A DNA stretch of 64,000 bases from Candidatus Udaeobacter sp. (GTDB lineage: Bacteria; Patescibacteriota; Patescibacteriia; Magasanikbacterales; GWA2-37-8), in assembly GCA_035473115.1 (NCBI GenBank), contig DATION010000002.1, forward strand, positions 169,374-233,373. Reading direction: 5' to 3'. The notes under the pieces were generated by a model. The model did not search any database, was not told where the DNA came from, and worked only from the letters and a program-made list of their open reading frames with translations. Positions 38,582-48,407 of the stretch are shown piece after piece; the first letter of the stretch is position 1; each line of letters starts with the position of its first letter. A program made the translations under genes and the position numbers.

Positions 38582-40027
38582 TTAAGCGTAAGGCAAATCT
38601 GCCGGCGGCTGCCCCAGACCTGGAGTATTTTCTTCTTCAGGCAAAGCAGCTTCAACCGGTTCTTCTTTAACTTTTTTTCGTAACGGACTCTCCACAACTT
38701 CTTCAATCGGCAAATTAATTGGCGGTTCAGCTCTCTTGCTGGCCGTCTTTTGTAATAACGGAGCTTTAACCAGCGGCAATGGGAAGTGCCATAAAGTAGC
38801 CAGTTCTTCGATATTTAAAATAAACGGATTTTTGCCAATCTTAATTTTTCTCTTTTTAAAAGCGCTAACAAATTGGTTTTTTCCTTTGTCATTTTTGGGA
38901 GACAAAACCGGCACAATCGCATTACGTCCAGGATAAGAAAATTGATTGATAGCACCGATTAAGCCTTCCAAACAGCGGCTAGGCTTAAAAGCTTCCTTTT
39001 CCGCTGCATACATTACCCGAATTTTAGCTTTAAAACCAATCTTACTAATTTTTTCTTCAATGGCCACAATAGTATCTCTCATTCCCGGACTCAAATCGCT
39101 CACTTTGCCAGGAGCAGCCTTTTCTTCTTTTTTCTTTACCACCGCTTCACCAGGTGAAGCGATATTGTGCAAAATATCGGTAGCGACACTGTTTAAAATC
39201 TTGAGCAAGAAATTTTGTTTAACTTCGTGCTTTTTATTTTCAATCAAAGATTTGACCAGCTTGTTGCCTTTTTCGTGCAGACTGTTTTTAACCAAACCAA
39301 TGCCATGCTCTTTCCACTTACTGGAAATAGGCTCTACGATAATCTGCAACCACAAATTTTCTCCCGCGCCAATGCGGGTAAAATTTTCTAAGATCGCAGC
39401 CATCGGATCATTAAAAGTAAAATCCGGAGTCACGCTATGTTCAAAATCAGAATAAGTTCTGATCGGGTACGCGTCTTCGGTAGCCAAACCGAACTCAATA
39501 CCAACTACATCATGAGTTTTGTTTGGGTAAGTATTAGGAATTACGGAAACATAATCTTCGACTTCAGTTATTTCGGCCATTGGATATTGGGCATAAACAG
39601 CTGCTTCCACCAAATCTCGGAATTTTTCTTCGGTATAGACCAAAAATTGAATATAGCCTTCTAGACTAATAACTTCCAAACTAAACCAGCGCTGCTTGAA
39701 TCCCGGGCCGTACTTATCGGCCACACTTGAGCCGCTATGGGCGCCGCTGATAATGGCAAAAATCTGCTCTACCGCTTTTGGGCTTTGGATGGTATCTGGC
39801 GGAACATCCACAGCCAAGACAGTCCATTTCCAATCACTGGTATATTTGGTCTGCCGCAATGATGCCCACAACTCCGCACCCATAAAAAACAAGATCAAAG
39901 CCAAAATTGCCCAGCCGATGATAGCAAAAACAACCTTGCCCAGCTCAAAACTTGGCAATTCTAAAATTGTTCCCCAGAAAGATAAATCAGCGACAAAACC
40001 AAATGGCAATTCTACGGTTGTTGGCAT
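38582..40027 (-). CDS. standalone paralog of the N-terminal domain of the VirB4/HerA-like ATPase (no P-loop)
   Basis: Two N-terminal hydrophobic segments. Shared blocks AQYPMAEITEVEDY and EELATLWHFPLPL...RAEPPINLP match the 30569-33124 product. ATG at 40027; the ORF track uses TTG at 40033. Confidence 0.7.
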   Translation of the reverse strand: MPTTVELPFGFVADLSFWGTILELPSFELGKVVFAIIGWAILALILFFMGAELWASLRQTKYTSDWKWTVLAVDVPPDTIQSPKAVEQIFAIISGAHSGSSVADKYGPGFKQRWFSLEVISLEGYIQFLVYTEEKFRDLVEAAVYAQYPMAEITEVEDYVSVIPNTYPNKTHDVVGIEFGLATEDAYPIRTYSDFEHSVTPDFTFNDPMAAILENFTRIGAGENLWLQIIVEPISSKWKEHGIGLVKNSLHEKGNKLVKSLIENKKHEVKQNFLLKILNSVATDILHNIASPGEAVVKKKEEKAAPGKVSDLSPGMRDTIVAIEEKISKIGFKAKIRVMYAAEKEAFKPSRCLEGLIGAINQFSYPGRNAIVPVLSPKNDKGKNQFVSAFKKRKIKIGKNPFILNIEELATLWHFPLPLVKAPLLQKTASKRAEPPINLPIEEVVESPLRKKVKEEPVEAALPEEENTPGLGQPPADLPYA

Positions 40028-40051
40028 AAGCAATGTTAAGCATGAGCCGGA

Positions 40052-40213
40052 TTATTTCTTGACAATACTAAGAACTCCGCCATAAATTATCAAAACACCA
40101 AATATTGTCCATTTCAAACCATACTGATGCGAAATCCAGCCGCTGTAATAAGCTAAGGCGCAAATAACCGTAGCTAGCAGCGCTATCAGATGCCGAATAA
40201 GATTATCGGACAT
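40052..40213 (-). CDS. 53-aa two-TM small membrane protein, not in ORF track
   Basis: MSDNLIRHLIALLATVICALAYYSGWISHQYGLKWTIFGVLIIYGGVLSIVKK. 24 nt upstream of the paralog gene on the same strand. Confidence 0.4.
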   Translation of the reverse strand: MSDNLIRHLIALLATVICALAYYSGWISHQYGLKWTIFGVLIIYGGVLSIVKK

Positions 40214-40331
40214 ATAGAATTTAATTACTAATAAACAACCGAGCTTACAACTTAAAATATTATATCATATTTATAGCAAAAACAAAACTCGTTTTTTAGA
40301 CGAGTTTTGTAAGTATTTAAAGTATAAATTA

Positions 40332-41249
40332 TTAGGCATTTTTACCCAAGCGCCAAGTTTGCGCCAATACCAACAGCGGACTAGCAATAAATATAGAAGA
40401 ATAAGCGCCGCTGGCAATACCGATAAGCAGAGCCAAAGCAAAATTATGAATTGTTGGACCACCCAAGAAATACAGAGCAAACAGAGGCAGCAAAGTAATT
40501 AAGGTTGTATTAATTGAACGCATCAAAGTTTGATTCAAACCCATATTCACCATTTCAGCAAAATTCTGGGCGCTATGATGGTTTAAGTTCTCTCTGATTC
40601 GGTCATAAACTACGATCGTATCGGTAACTGAATAACCTAACACAGTTAGCAAGGCTACCACAAAGCCAATATCAATTTCTATGCCTCTAAAATGGCCTAG
40701 GAGTGTAAATACCCCCACCACCAACATAACATCATGAATAAGGGCAATAATGGCCAAAACACCGTATTTCCAGCTGGCTACCGGTCTAGACACTCCACGG
40801 AACGCGTAAGCTACGTAGATAATAATACCCAAATTTACTAAAATTATAGCCGCAATAGCTCTTTGACGTAATTGACTACTGATAACTGAACCAATGGTTT
40901 GAAAATTTTCTTCATGGATTTCATTGCCATCAGTTTGATATTCAGCTCTTAAGTTGCTAAGAATAAATTGATGCTGATCTTCGGTCAAAAATTCAGTGCG
41001 AATAATATAACCATTGTCCCCTACTTTTTGAATAACCGCATTTGGCTGATGCAGATCAGCCAAAGTTTTTTGCATGCTTTCTACAGCCGGAATACTCTTG
41101 CTAAAGGTAAGTTCGGTTAAAGATCCGCCGGTAAAATCAATGCCTAACTTTAAACCTAAAAATATAAATAAGGTTATACAGGTTAAAACTGTCAGGGCGC
41201 TAATTGTTACCCAAACTTTTGTATACTTGATGAAAGGAATATTAATCAT
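40332..41249 (-). CDS. secF: protein translocase subunit SecF
   Basis: ~300 aa, 6 TM, follows secD. Confidence 0.85.
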   Translation of the reverse strand: MINIPFIKYTKVWVTISALTVLTCITLFIFLGLKLGIDFTGGSLTELTFSKSIPAVESMQKTLADLHQPNAVIQKVGDNGYIIRTEFLTEDQHQFILSNLRAEYQTDGNEIHEENFQTIGSVISSQLRQRAIAAIILVNLGIIIYVAYAFRGVSRPVASWKYGVLAIIALIHDVMLVVGVFTLLGHFRGIEIDIGFVVALLTVLGYSVTDTIVVYDRIRENLNHHSAQNFAEMVNMGLNQTLMRSINTTLITLLPLFALYFLGGPTIHNFALALLIGIASGAYSSIFIASPLLVLAQTWRLGKNA

Positions 41250-41260
41250 AGAAGAATGAG

Positions 41261-43021
41261 TTATTTAATTTCTGATTCAACTGCTTTTGTCTGATGACCT
41301 AAAAATAACCAATTACCATTATCTTTAAACCAATGCAAAACTAAACGCATTATGGTGCGAGTAACAATAATCGCCGTAAACATACTGACTAACACACCAA
41401 TAGCCAAAGTAACAGCAAAACCTTTCACAAAACCGGTACCGAACCAAATGAGACAGACACAGCTGATAAGCGCACTCACATTACTATCACGAATTGACGG
41501 CCAAGCGCGGACGAAAGCTTCCTCCATAGCTGAGCGTAAATTTTTGCCCAAACGCAATTCTTCTTTTAGACGCTCAAACACCAAAACATTGGCATCCACC
41601 GCCACCCCGATAGACAGGACAAAACCGGCAATACCGGAAAGGGTAAGAGTAACACCAATCAATTTAAATATTGCCAAAGACACAGCTGCATAGGCCATCA
41701 AAGCCAAACCAGCCAAGACACCTGGCAAGCGATAGTAGAAAATCATGAAAATAATAACTGCTAGTAAACCAGCTACTCCGGCTTTGAAGCTTTTAGCCAA
41801 AGAATCTGACCCTAAAGTGGCGCCGATTTTCTGCTGACTGATTAAATCAACTGAAACCGGTAAAGCACCGGAATTCAAACGCTGAGCCAACAGTCTGGCT
41901 TCTTGAATAGAAAAACTTCCCGAAATAACGGCGCTGCCGGTTAAAATCGGCTCATTAACTCTTGGAATGCTAACTGGAGTGCCATCCAAAAATATGGCTA
42001 CCGGCTTGCCAATATTGCGTTTGGTTAGATCGGCAAACAGCTGTGTACCTTCATCATTGAATTGCAAATTTACCTGCACTTGGCCGGTGCGAGTATCTTG
42101 AGTTACTTCGGTTCTTTTTAATTGTTTACCGGATAAACCAGTGTTCTTCCATTGATCGGAGGCAGGCACAATGTCTATCGGCTGTTTTGTTTTTACAAAA
42201 ATTCTGGCAACGTTGTATAGTTTGGTTGGGGAAGCCGTTTGACCAGCTTCTTCCTTAACAGAAATTCTTTTAATAATATTTAAACCATCAAAACTTTTTA
42301 CCAGTTCTTTGCTTACTTCTCCGTCTTTATGAGCGTCAGCCCATTTATAAATATCGGGAAAAACTTCATTATCAATAAAACCTAAAGCGCCGCCATTAGT
42401 TTTGCTTCTTTCATCTTCGGAATATTTGGCTGCGACATCGGCAAAGTCTTGGCCTTTATTTACCGCTGCCAAAGCTTCTTTAATTTTTTTATCCGCTTGC
42501 GCGTTAAAATCATTCATCTCTTTTGTTTCAGCTGCAGTTAATTCTCTAAGCGGTTTATCATCGCCTTCTTTAAATTCCAAAATTGGCGTTTCCCCGATCA
42601 TTTTAATAGCTTGATTAACATCAGTTACGCCCGGCAATTCCACAATGATACGATAATCATTATTAGCAACTTTGGTTGTCTGCACCAAAGGTTCGGATAC
42701 TCCCAAACCACCGCGCACCCGGCGTTCAATCACATCGCGCACACCTTCAACTGCGCCAGCTCTGTCGCTGTCGGCTATAGTGTCAGTTTTGGCTTGATAG
42801 ATAAGATGGGCTCCGCCTTGCAGATCCAACCCTAAATTAAAACCGGAAGCAGGAAAGTTTGGCAAACCTACATTGGCTTTTTTATTTACCCAATCTATGC
42901 CTTTGTTGGCATAAACCGGAAATACAATTAACAGACAAAAAACAGTTAAAATAAAAATACTAAAAACGCGCCATTTTAATTTTTCTCTGGACAGAACTTT
43001 GACCTGATTTCTTACAGCCAT
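41261..43021 (-). CDS. secD: protein translocase subunit SecD
   Basis: N-terminal TM, large periplasmic domain and C-terminal 5-TM bundle. SecD-SecF gene order. Confidence 0.85.
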   Translation of the reverse strand: MAVRNQVKVLSREKLKWRVFSIFILTVFCLLIVFPVYANKGIDWVNKKANVGLPNFPASGFNLGLDLQGGAHLIYQAKTDTIADSDRAGAVEGVRDVIERRVRGGLGVSEPLVQTTKVANNDYRIIVELPGVTDVNQAIKMIGETPILEFKEGDDKPLRELTAAETKEMNDFNAQADKKIKEALAAVNKGQDFADVAAKYSEDERSKTNGGALGFIDNEVFPDIYKWADAHKDGEVSKELVKSFDGLNIIKRISVKEEAGQTASPTKLYNVARIFVKTKQPIDIVPASDQWKNTGLSGKQLKRTEVTQDTRTGQVQVNLQFNDEGTQLFADLTKRNIGKPVAIFLDGTPVSIPRVNEPILTGSAVISGSFSIQEARLLAQRLNSGALPVSVDLISQQKIGATLGSDSLAKSFKAGVAGLLAVIIFMIFYYRLPGVLAGLALMAYAAVSLAIFKLIGVTLTLSGIAGFVLSIGVAVDANVLVFERLKEELRLGKNLRSAMEEAFVRAWPSIRDSNVSALISCVCLIWFGTGFVKGFAVTLAIGVLVSMFTAIIVTRTIMRLVLHWFKDNGNWLFLGHQTKAVESEIK

Positions 43022-43106
43022 AAAAAAGGAGTTAGTTAAGTGCTAATTAATTTGGACTAATCTTAATGTATTTAGCTATTTTTGGCAAGGGGATAAAACC
43101 AGGTCG

Positions 43107-43322
43107 TTACTCTCCAATATATTCAAACCGAGGCATAGTTTTTCCGTCTATTTCAACATTCTCTATAAACATTGCCAAAGGCCGTACCCATAAACCATGA
43201 TCGTCGTAGAGTTTTCTATATACAACCAATTCTTCCATGGTTTCACTATGCTTGGCTACTCCCAAAACCTGATAATCTTTACCTTTATAATGACGGTATT
43301 TGCCGAGTTTTAACATACCCAT
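43107..43322 (-). CDS. DUF1653-like small protein
   Basis: GKYRHYKGKDYQVLGVAKHSETMEELVVYR. Start taken at MGMLKL to avoid overlap with secA. Confidence 0.5.
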   Translation of the reverse strand: MGMLKLGKYRHYKGKDYQVLGVAKHSETMEELVVYRKLYDDHGLWVRPLAMFIENVEIDGKTMPRFEYIGE

Positions 43323-43327
43323 TAATT

Positions 43328-46129
43328 TTAAGCTCCATGGCATTTTTTGAATTTTTTTCCGCTTCCGCATGAACACAAATCATTGCGGCCGATAACTTTT
43401 CCTGATTCATCTGTTTTTTTACCGGTAGCAATATGAGTTTCTTCACTACTGCTAGTTTTGGCAGCGCCGCTGAAGTTTAGCGCGTTACTATTCATTACCG
43501 ATGGCGCCATTTGAATCCCCAGATTAACTTTATAAATCAGATAAACAACTTCTTTTTGAATAAAATTAATTAGTTCATTAAACATGCGGAAAGTTTCTTT
43601 TTTGTATTCTACCAGTGGATCATGCTGGCCATAACCGCGCAGTCCTATACCGGTACGCAAATAATCTACGGCCACCAAATGTTCTACCCACAAATTATCT
43701 ATAGCGCGCAACAAAACCTGTTTTTCTATTTCTAGCAACATCATTGGATCAGGCACAGTCTTTTCTAGTAAAGTTTCATATTTTTTATTAGCCAATTCCA
43801 CCAAATAGTCGATTATTTTATTGCGCAATTCAATATCATCTAACTTTTCTCCTCTGGCTCCGGAAGCTAATTCTTCAATTGTTTTTCTTTCTTCATCGGC
43901 TAATGGGAAAATTGTAGTTATGGTCTGAGTTATTTCTTTGACGTTCCATTCTTTTCTATCTTCGGTATTGGTATGAAACGAGATTACCTGTTCTATTTCT
44001 TGCTCAATCATATCCAAAATCATTTCCCGCATGGTTCTGGAACCTTCCGGCAAAGTTTTATTTGATTTAGCGAAATCATGCTGGGTAGCGTCCATTGAAA
44101 CCCAGCGCTTTTCCATTTCAAACGCGTTTAAAATTTCTCGGCGCTTGCCATAGATAACTTCACGGTGACGATTTAATACATCATCGTATTCCAACAAATG
44201 TTTACGGGTATCAAAATGAATGCCTTCCACTTTTTTCTGGGCGGATTCTATAATACGAGTAATCATCCCCTGCTCTATCGGCATATCATCGGGAACTTTT
44301 AAAGTTTCCATTACTTTGCGGATACGATCACCGGCAAAAATACGCATTAAATCGTCTTGGGTAGAAAGATAAAATTGCGATTCACCCGGATCACCCTGAC
44401 GGCCACTGCGGCCGCGCAGCTGATTATCGATACGGCGACTTTCGTGGCGTTCAGTACCAATAACATGCAGACCACCGGCAGCGCGCACTTTTTCGGCTTC
44501 AGCCGGATCTGGCGGATTGCCGCCTAAAATAATATCCACACCGCGGCCAGCCATATTGGTTGCTAAAGTAACTGCGCCAGCGCGGCCAGCTTGAGCAATA
44601 ATCTCACCTTCACGTTCATGATTTTTGGCGTTTAAAATTTCATGCTTGATTCCTTCTCTTTCCAAATACAAACTAAGCTCTTCGTTTTTATCAACGGCAA
44701 TTGTACCAATCAAAACCGGCTGGCCTTTGACCTGTAATTCTTTTACTTTCAAAGCAATCGCTTTGTATTTTGCTTCTTCAGTTTTATAAATTCTGTCCGG
44801 ATAATTTATTCTTTGATTTTTTCTGTTTGGCGGAATAACTACTACTTCTAATTTATAAATTTTACCAAATTCTTCCGCTTCGGTAACCGCGGTACCAGTC
44901 ATGCCGGATAATTTTTCGTAAAGACGGAAATAATTTTGGAAGGTAACCGTAGCCATAGTCTGGCTTTCTTGCTGAATCTTTACGCCCTCTTGAGCTTCTA
45001 TAGCCTGGTGCAGACCTTCGCTGTAGCGGCGGCCAGGCATTTTGCGGCCGGTAAATTCATCAACGATTATTACTTCGCCATTTTCTACGATATAATCGCG
45101 ATCTTTTTTAAATAAAGCATAAGCGCGCAAAGCTTGTTCTAAGTGATGAACGGTTTTAATGCCGCCTTCGGCATAAATATTGTCTATGCCCAACATTTTT
45201 TCCATTTTGGTTATACCAACTTCGGTAAGCGTGGAGGAACGCATTTTTTCATCAACATTATAATCTTCATTTTCTTTTAATTTTTTTACCAAATCGGCAA
45301 ACTGATAATACATGTCAGCCGCTTCTTCGGCTGGAGCAGAAATAATTAGCGGGGTGCGAGCTTCATCAATTAAAATCGAATCAACTTCATCAACAATCGC
45401 AAAATAAAACGGCCGTTGAGACATCTCGGCTTTATTTTGCACCATATTGTCGCGCAAATAATCAAAACCAAATTCATTATTGGTGCCGTAAGTAATATCA
45501 CAAGCATAGGCTTGCTGACGAGTACAAGCTTCCAAATATTCTGTTTCCACTTTAAACATGCCTTTGGCATCACGCTCTTTATCTGGCGCGCTGCCTTCGG
45601 ATAAATCTTCTTCCGGCTTAATTGATTTTTGGGCGTTATATTTAAATGAAACTAATTGTTGTTGGATAATACCAACGCTTAGTCCAAGAGCGTCATAAAT
45701 TTGACTCATCCAAACTGCATCGCGTTTAGCCAAGTAATCGTTGACAGTGACCACGTGCACGCCTTTGCCGGCTAAAGCATTTAAATATATTGGCAAAGTT
45801 CCCACCAAAGTTTTACCTTCACCGGTGCCCATTTCGGCAATACTGCCGCGATGCAAAACAACACCACCGATTAGCTGCACATCAAAATGACGCATGCCAG
45901 TCAAACGCTTGGAAGTTTCGCGGACAACCGCAAAGGCTTCGGGTAAAATATCGTCTAAAGTTTCACCATTAGCCAAACGGCCTTTAAATTCATCAGTTTT
46001 GCTGCGCAAATCAGCCAAAGTTAATTTGACCATTTCCGCTTCTAATGAATTTATTTTTTCAATTATCGGCTGGATACTCTTGACCACTTTGGCGTTGGGG
46101 TCTCCAAAAATTTTGGTTAAAAATGACAT
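43328..46129 (-). CDS. secA: preprotein translocase ATPase SecA
   Basis: MGTGEGKTLV Walker A, DEAD-like motor domains, C-terminal Zn finger CSCGSGKKFKKCHG. Contains the in-frame insert ...TQHDFAKSNK.... Confidence 0.95.
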   Translation of the reverse strand: MSFLTKIFGDPNAKVVKSIQPIIEKINSLEAEMVKLTLADLRSKTDEFKGRLANGETLDDILPEAFAVVRETSKRLTGMRHFDVQLIGGVVLHRGSIAEMGTGEGKTLVGTLPIYLNALAGKGVHVVTVNDYLAKRDAVWMSQIYDALGLSVGIIQQQLVSFKYNAQKSIKPEEDLSEGSAPDKERDAKGMFKVETEYLEACTRQQAYACDITYGTNNEFGFDYLRDNMVQNKAEMSQRPFYFAIVDEVDSILIDEARTPLIISAPAEEAADMYYQFADLVKKLKENEDYNVDEKMRSSTLTEVGITKMEKMLGIDNIYAEGGIKTVHHLEQALRAYALFKKDRDYIVENGEVIIVDEFTGRKMPGRRYSEGLHQAIEAQEGVKIQQESQTMATVTFQNYFRLYEKLSGMTGTAVTEAEEFGKIYKLEVVVIPPNRKNQRINYPDRIYKTEEAKYKAIALKVKELQVKGQPVLIGTIAVDKNEELSLYLEREGIKHEILNAKNHEREGEIIAQAGRAGAVTLATNMAGRGVDIILGGNPPDPAEAEKVRAAGGLHVIGTERHESRRIDNQLRGRSGRQGDPGESQFYLSTQDDLMRIFAGDRIRKVMETLKVPDDMPIEQGMITRIIESAQKKVEGIHFDTRKHLLEYDDVLNRHREVIYGKRREILNAFEMEKRWVSMDATQHDFAKSNKTLPEGSRTMREMILDMIEQEIEQVISFHTNTEDRKEWNVKEITQTITTIFPLADEERKTIEELASGARGEKLDDIELRNKIIDYLVELANKKYETLLEKTVPDPMMLLEIEKQVLLRAIDNLWVEHLVAVDYLRTGIGLRGYGQHDPLVEYKKETFRMFNELINFIQKEVVYLIYKVNLGIQMAPSVMNSNALNFSGAAKTSSSEETHIATGKKTDESGKVIGRNDLCSCGSGKKFKKCHGA
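44056..44106. repeat. in-frame palindromic mini-element, copy 2 (inside secA)
   Basis: tttgatttagcgaaatcatg followed by hairpin gctgggt-agcgtccattga-acccagc. The stem differs from copy 1 by two compensatory base-pair changes. Confidence 0.7.
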
Positions 46130-46201
46130 ATTTTAATTGAGTAAAATTCAAAAAATTAGCCTCTAACAGCTAACCTATTTTATCATAGTAAAGCTAAATA
46201 A

Positions 46202-46504
46202 TCAAGGTTTGGCCAAATAGCCTTTTATCCTCTCGCCTTCTCTTTCTACCACCTCGCCGTCATATTCTCCGGAATGAGCCGTGACACCTTCGTAGATTGG
46301 CCGTTTTTGATCTAAATGCAAATTAAAAACAATCGCTTCGTTTTCAAGTTGAATATAAACATGGAAGCGCGGATAAAAATCTCGGTGAATCCGCTTGGCA
46401 TAACTAATTTTATTCATCCGGCGATCAATAATCTTGGCATAGCCGCAGCGGCGGATAAACTGTTCCGGATCGCTTATCTGTTCTTTTTTTACTCTGATTA
46501 TCAT
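46202..46504 (-). CDS. hypothetical protein
   Basis: ORF downstream of tdk. Start at MIIRVKK to avoid a 56-nt overlap with tdk. Confidence 0.4.
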   Translation of the reverse strand: MIIRVKKEQISDPEQFIRRCGYAKIIDRRMNKISYAKRIHRDFYPRFHVYIQLENEAIVFNLHLDQKRPIYEGVTAHSGEYDGEVVEREGERIKGYLAKP

Positions 46505-46511
46505 AAAAAAT

Positions 46512-47057
46512 TTAAATACTGACAAAGCAACTTCGACAAACCGGCTGGTAGGTAAAAGTTCCATCATCAGGGATTACCGGCGGCATACCTTGGGTAATGG
46601 GCAAACCTTTATTAAAAACTTGCGAATAAACTGCCGTCGGCTGACGGCAAACTTCACAAACTGCTCGCTTATACCTGACTTCTTTTGGACCTAATTCCAA
46701 CAGGCCTTTGATAATATCAAACATCTTGCCTCGATAATCCATATCCAGTCCCGCAGCCACAACTTTTACGCCTTTATTTAACAATTCAGCCACCGCCAAA
46801 ACATCTTTTGGATCAAACATATGCAATTCATCCAAACCGACCACCGAAAAATTTTTATCTAAAACATCTTTTAAGGTATTGATTTTTTTGGATTCTATTA
46901 TCACTCCATTGCGCGAAGAGATATGCTCATCGCGAACATTGCGGCTGGACTGATAAAGCACGTGAGAAATATCCGTATATTTTAAAGGCGCAAAATAACT
47001 GATCAAATCAAAAGATTTCCCGCTCTTCATTGGCCCCAAAATTAAAGTTAAATCCAT
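46512..47057 (-). CDS. tdk: thymidine kinase
   Basis: GPMKSGKS Walker A and C-terminal Zn ribbon CEVCRQ...CRSC. Confidence 0.9.
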   Translation of the reverse strand: MDLTLILGPMKSGKSFDLISYFAPLKYTDISHVLYQSSRNVRDEHISSRNGVIIESKKINTLKDVLDKNFSVVGLDELHMFDPKDVLAVAELLNKGVKVVAAGLDMDYRGKMFDIIKGLLELGPKEVRYKRAVCEVCRQPTAVYSQVFNKGLPITQGMPPVIPDDGTFTYQPVCRSCFVSI

Positions 47058-47205
47058 AATTAAATTCCGTTAATTTCAGCCATATTATATCACACTTAAA
47101 TTAACAGAGTCGTCCCAAGCCAAAACTCGGAACGACCCGCCGAACGAATTTCCCCATGGTCCACCTATTTCTAAAATTAACTTCATAAGCAGATCCTTAA
47201 GCTAA

Positions 47206-48039
47206 CTAGAATGGTATTTCAGCCTGGAGAAACCCTCCAAATAACCACTTATTTTTTTTGACCAAACCTCCGTTTAGTTTAAAAGAGAGTTTGAAGTTTT
47301 CTCCATTCCATTTGATTCCGGGAACAAGCGATCCGGAGTTTGCCCACTTTTCAATAACCCGATTAACTATCTTTGTTTGATCAACTTTCAAGATCTCAAG
47401 AAGATGTCTCGTTTCTTCATCAACATTGAAGCGAAACACCATATGAATTCTTTGGTATGAGGCGCCAAAGATAAAAGAGAGGTTATGCCATCCAGACTGG
47501 ATTTCAACACCTGCCTCAACATTCCCCATTTCTAATCTACCATTACTAGATAGACGACCAGCCGCTAAATATGTAAGATCTACAGGCCCATTACCGAAAT
47601 CGTAACTCACTGCTTGCAATTCAAATCTGTTGGCATTGGCGATTTCCACTCCCGCCAACACAAAAAGTTCTACAGATTGATGGACTTTGAACGAAGCTCC
47701 CAACGATTCCATAATGCCCATAGTTCTATAGGCGGCGGCACCGCTCAAGTCAGAAGTCAGATAGGAGACATCCAGCGTACCATAACTAATAGCCGACTCC
47801 ATTGCTAGAGTCAGCCAGGAGCGCCTATTGTAGTTGCATCTAACCCCTAGAGACAGGTTTTTTCTGTCTAAATTCCCAGCTCCGCTATCTCCACTGAACT
47901 CACCAGCCAAGTATTGAGCCTGACTGTAGATGCTGCACCAAGTTCTTCTTTCGTCAGTTTTGTCTTCAGCCCAAGTGGTGCGGACTGTGACAAGAATGAC
48001 TAGACAGGTAAACAGTTTTATCAAAGAGCGGCTCTTCAT
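47206..48039 (-). CDS. secreted beta-barrel-like protein (OMP-like C-terminal motif)
   Basis: Signal peptide. Alternating hydrophobic pattern ending ...GGFLQAEIPF with a terminal Phe. ~48% GC. Confidence 0.5.
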   Translation of the reverse strand: MKSRSLIKLFTCLVILVTVRTTWAEDKTDERRTWCSIYSQAQYLAGEFSGDSGAGNLDRKNLSLGVRCNYNRRSWLTLAMESAISYGTLDVSYLTSDLSGAAAYRTMGIMESLGASFKVHQSVELFVLAGVEIANANRFELQAVSYDFGNGPVDLTYLAAGRLSSNGRLEMGNVEAGVEIQSGWHNLSFIFGASYQRIHMVFRFNVDEETRHLLEILKVDQTKIVNRVIEKWANSGSLVPGIKWNGENFKLSFKLNGGLVKKNKWLFGGFLQAEIPF

Positions 48040-48091
48040 GGTGATTCCTCCTAATATTTAGTCTAAGGTTAGAAAAGATTTATGTCAAACA

Positions 48092-48129
48092 AAAAGCGGT
48101 GTTTATTTTATAAAATAAACACCGCTTTT
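48092..48129. terminator. 38-nt perfect palindrome (bidirectional terminator)
   Basis: aaaagcggtgtttatttta|taaaataaacaccgctttt. Confidence 0.65.
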
Positions 48130-48144
48130 AAAATTCTAAAAAAA

Positions 48145-48333
48145 TTAACCCATTGTTTCATCTTGATCACCCAGAACCTTGTCCATTCCTTCTTCTTCCT
48201 CTGCTGGATCTGGCGAAAATTCATCTAGACCGGCCGGAGCTAGCCGACCATTTTTACTATCTTTATTATGAGCATTTTTATTTTCTGCTAGCTCTTTCAA
48301 ATAATTTTGAAATGCTCCAGTTGTTTCTGGCAT
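48145..48333 (-). CDS. small acidic protein, hypothetical
   Basis: 62-aa ORF with a Glu-rich C-terminus. Confidence 0.35.
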   Translation of the reverse strand: MPETTGAFQNYLKELAENKNAHNKDSKNGRLAPAGLDEFSPDPAEEEEGMDKVLGDQDETMG

Positions 48334-48407
48334 ATATTTAAAAAAATTAAAGTTAAAATTTATACGACCATTATACGCGAAAGGTTTACAACTGTCAACA
48401 TCTGACT

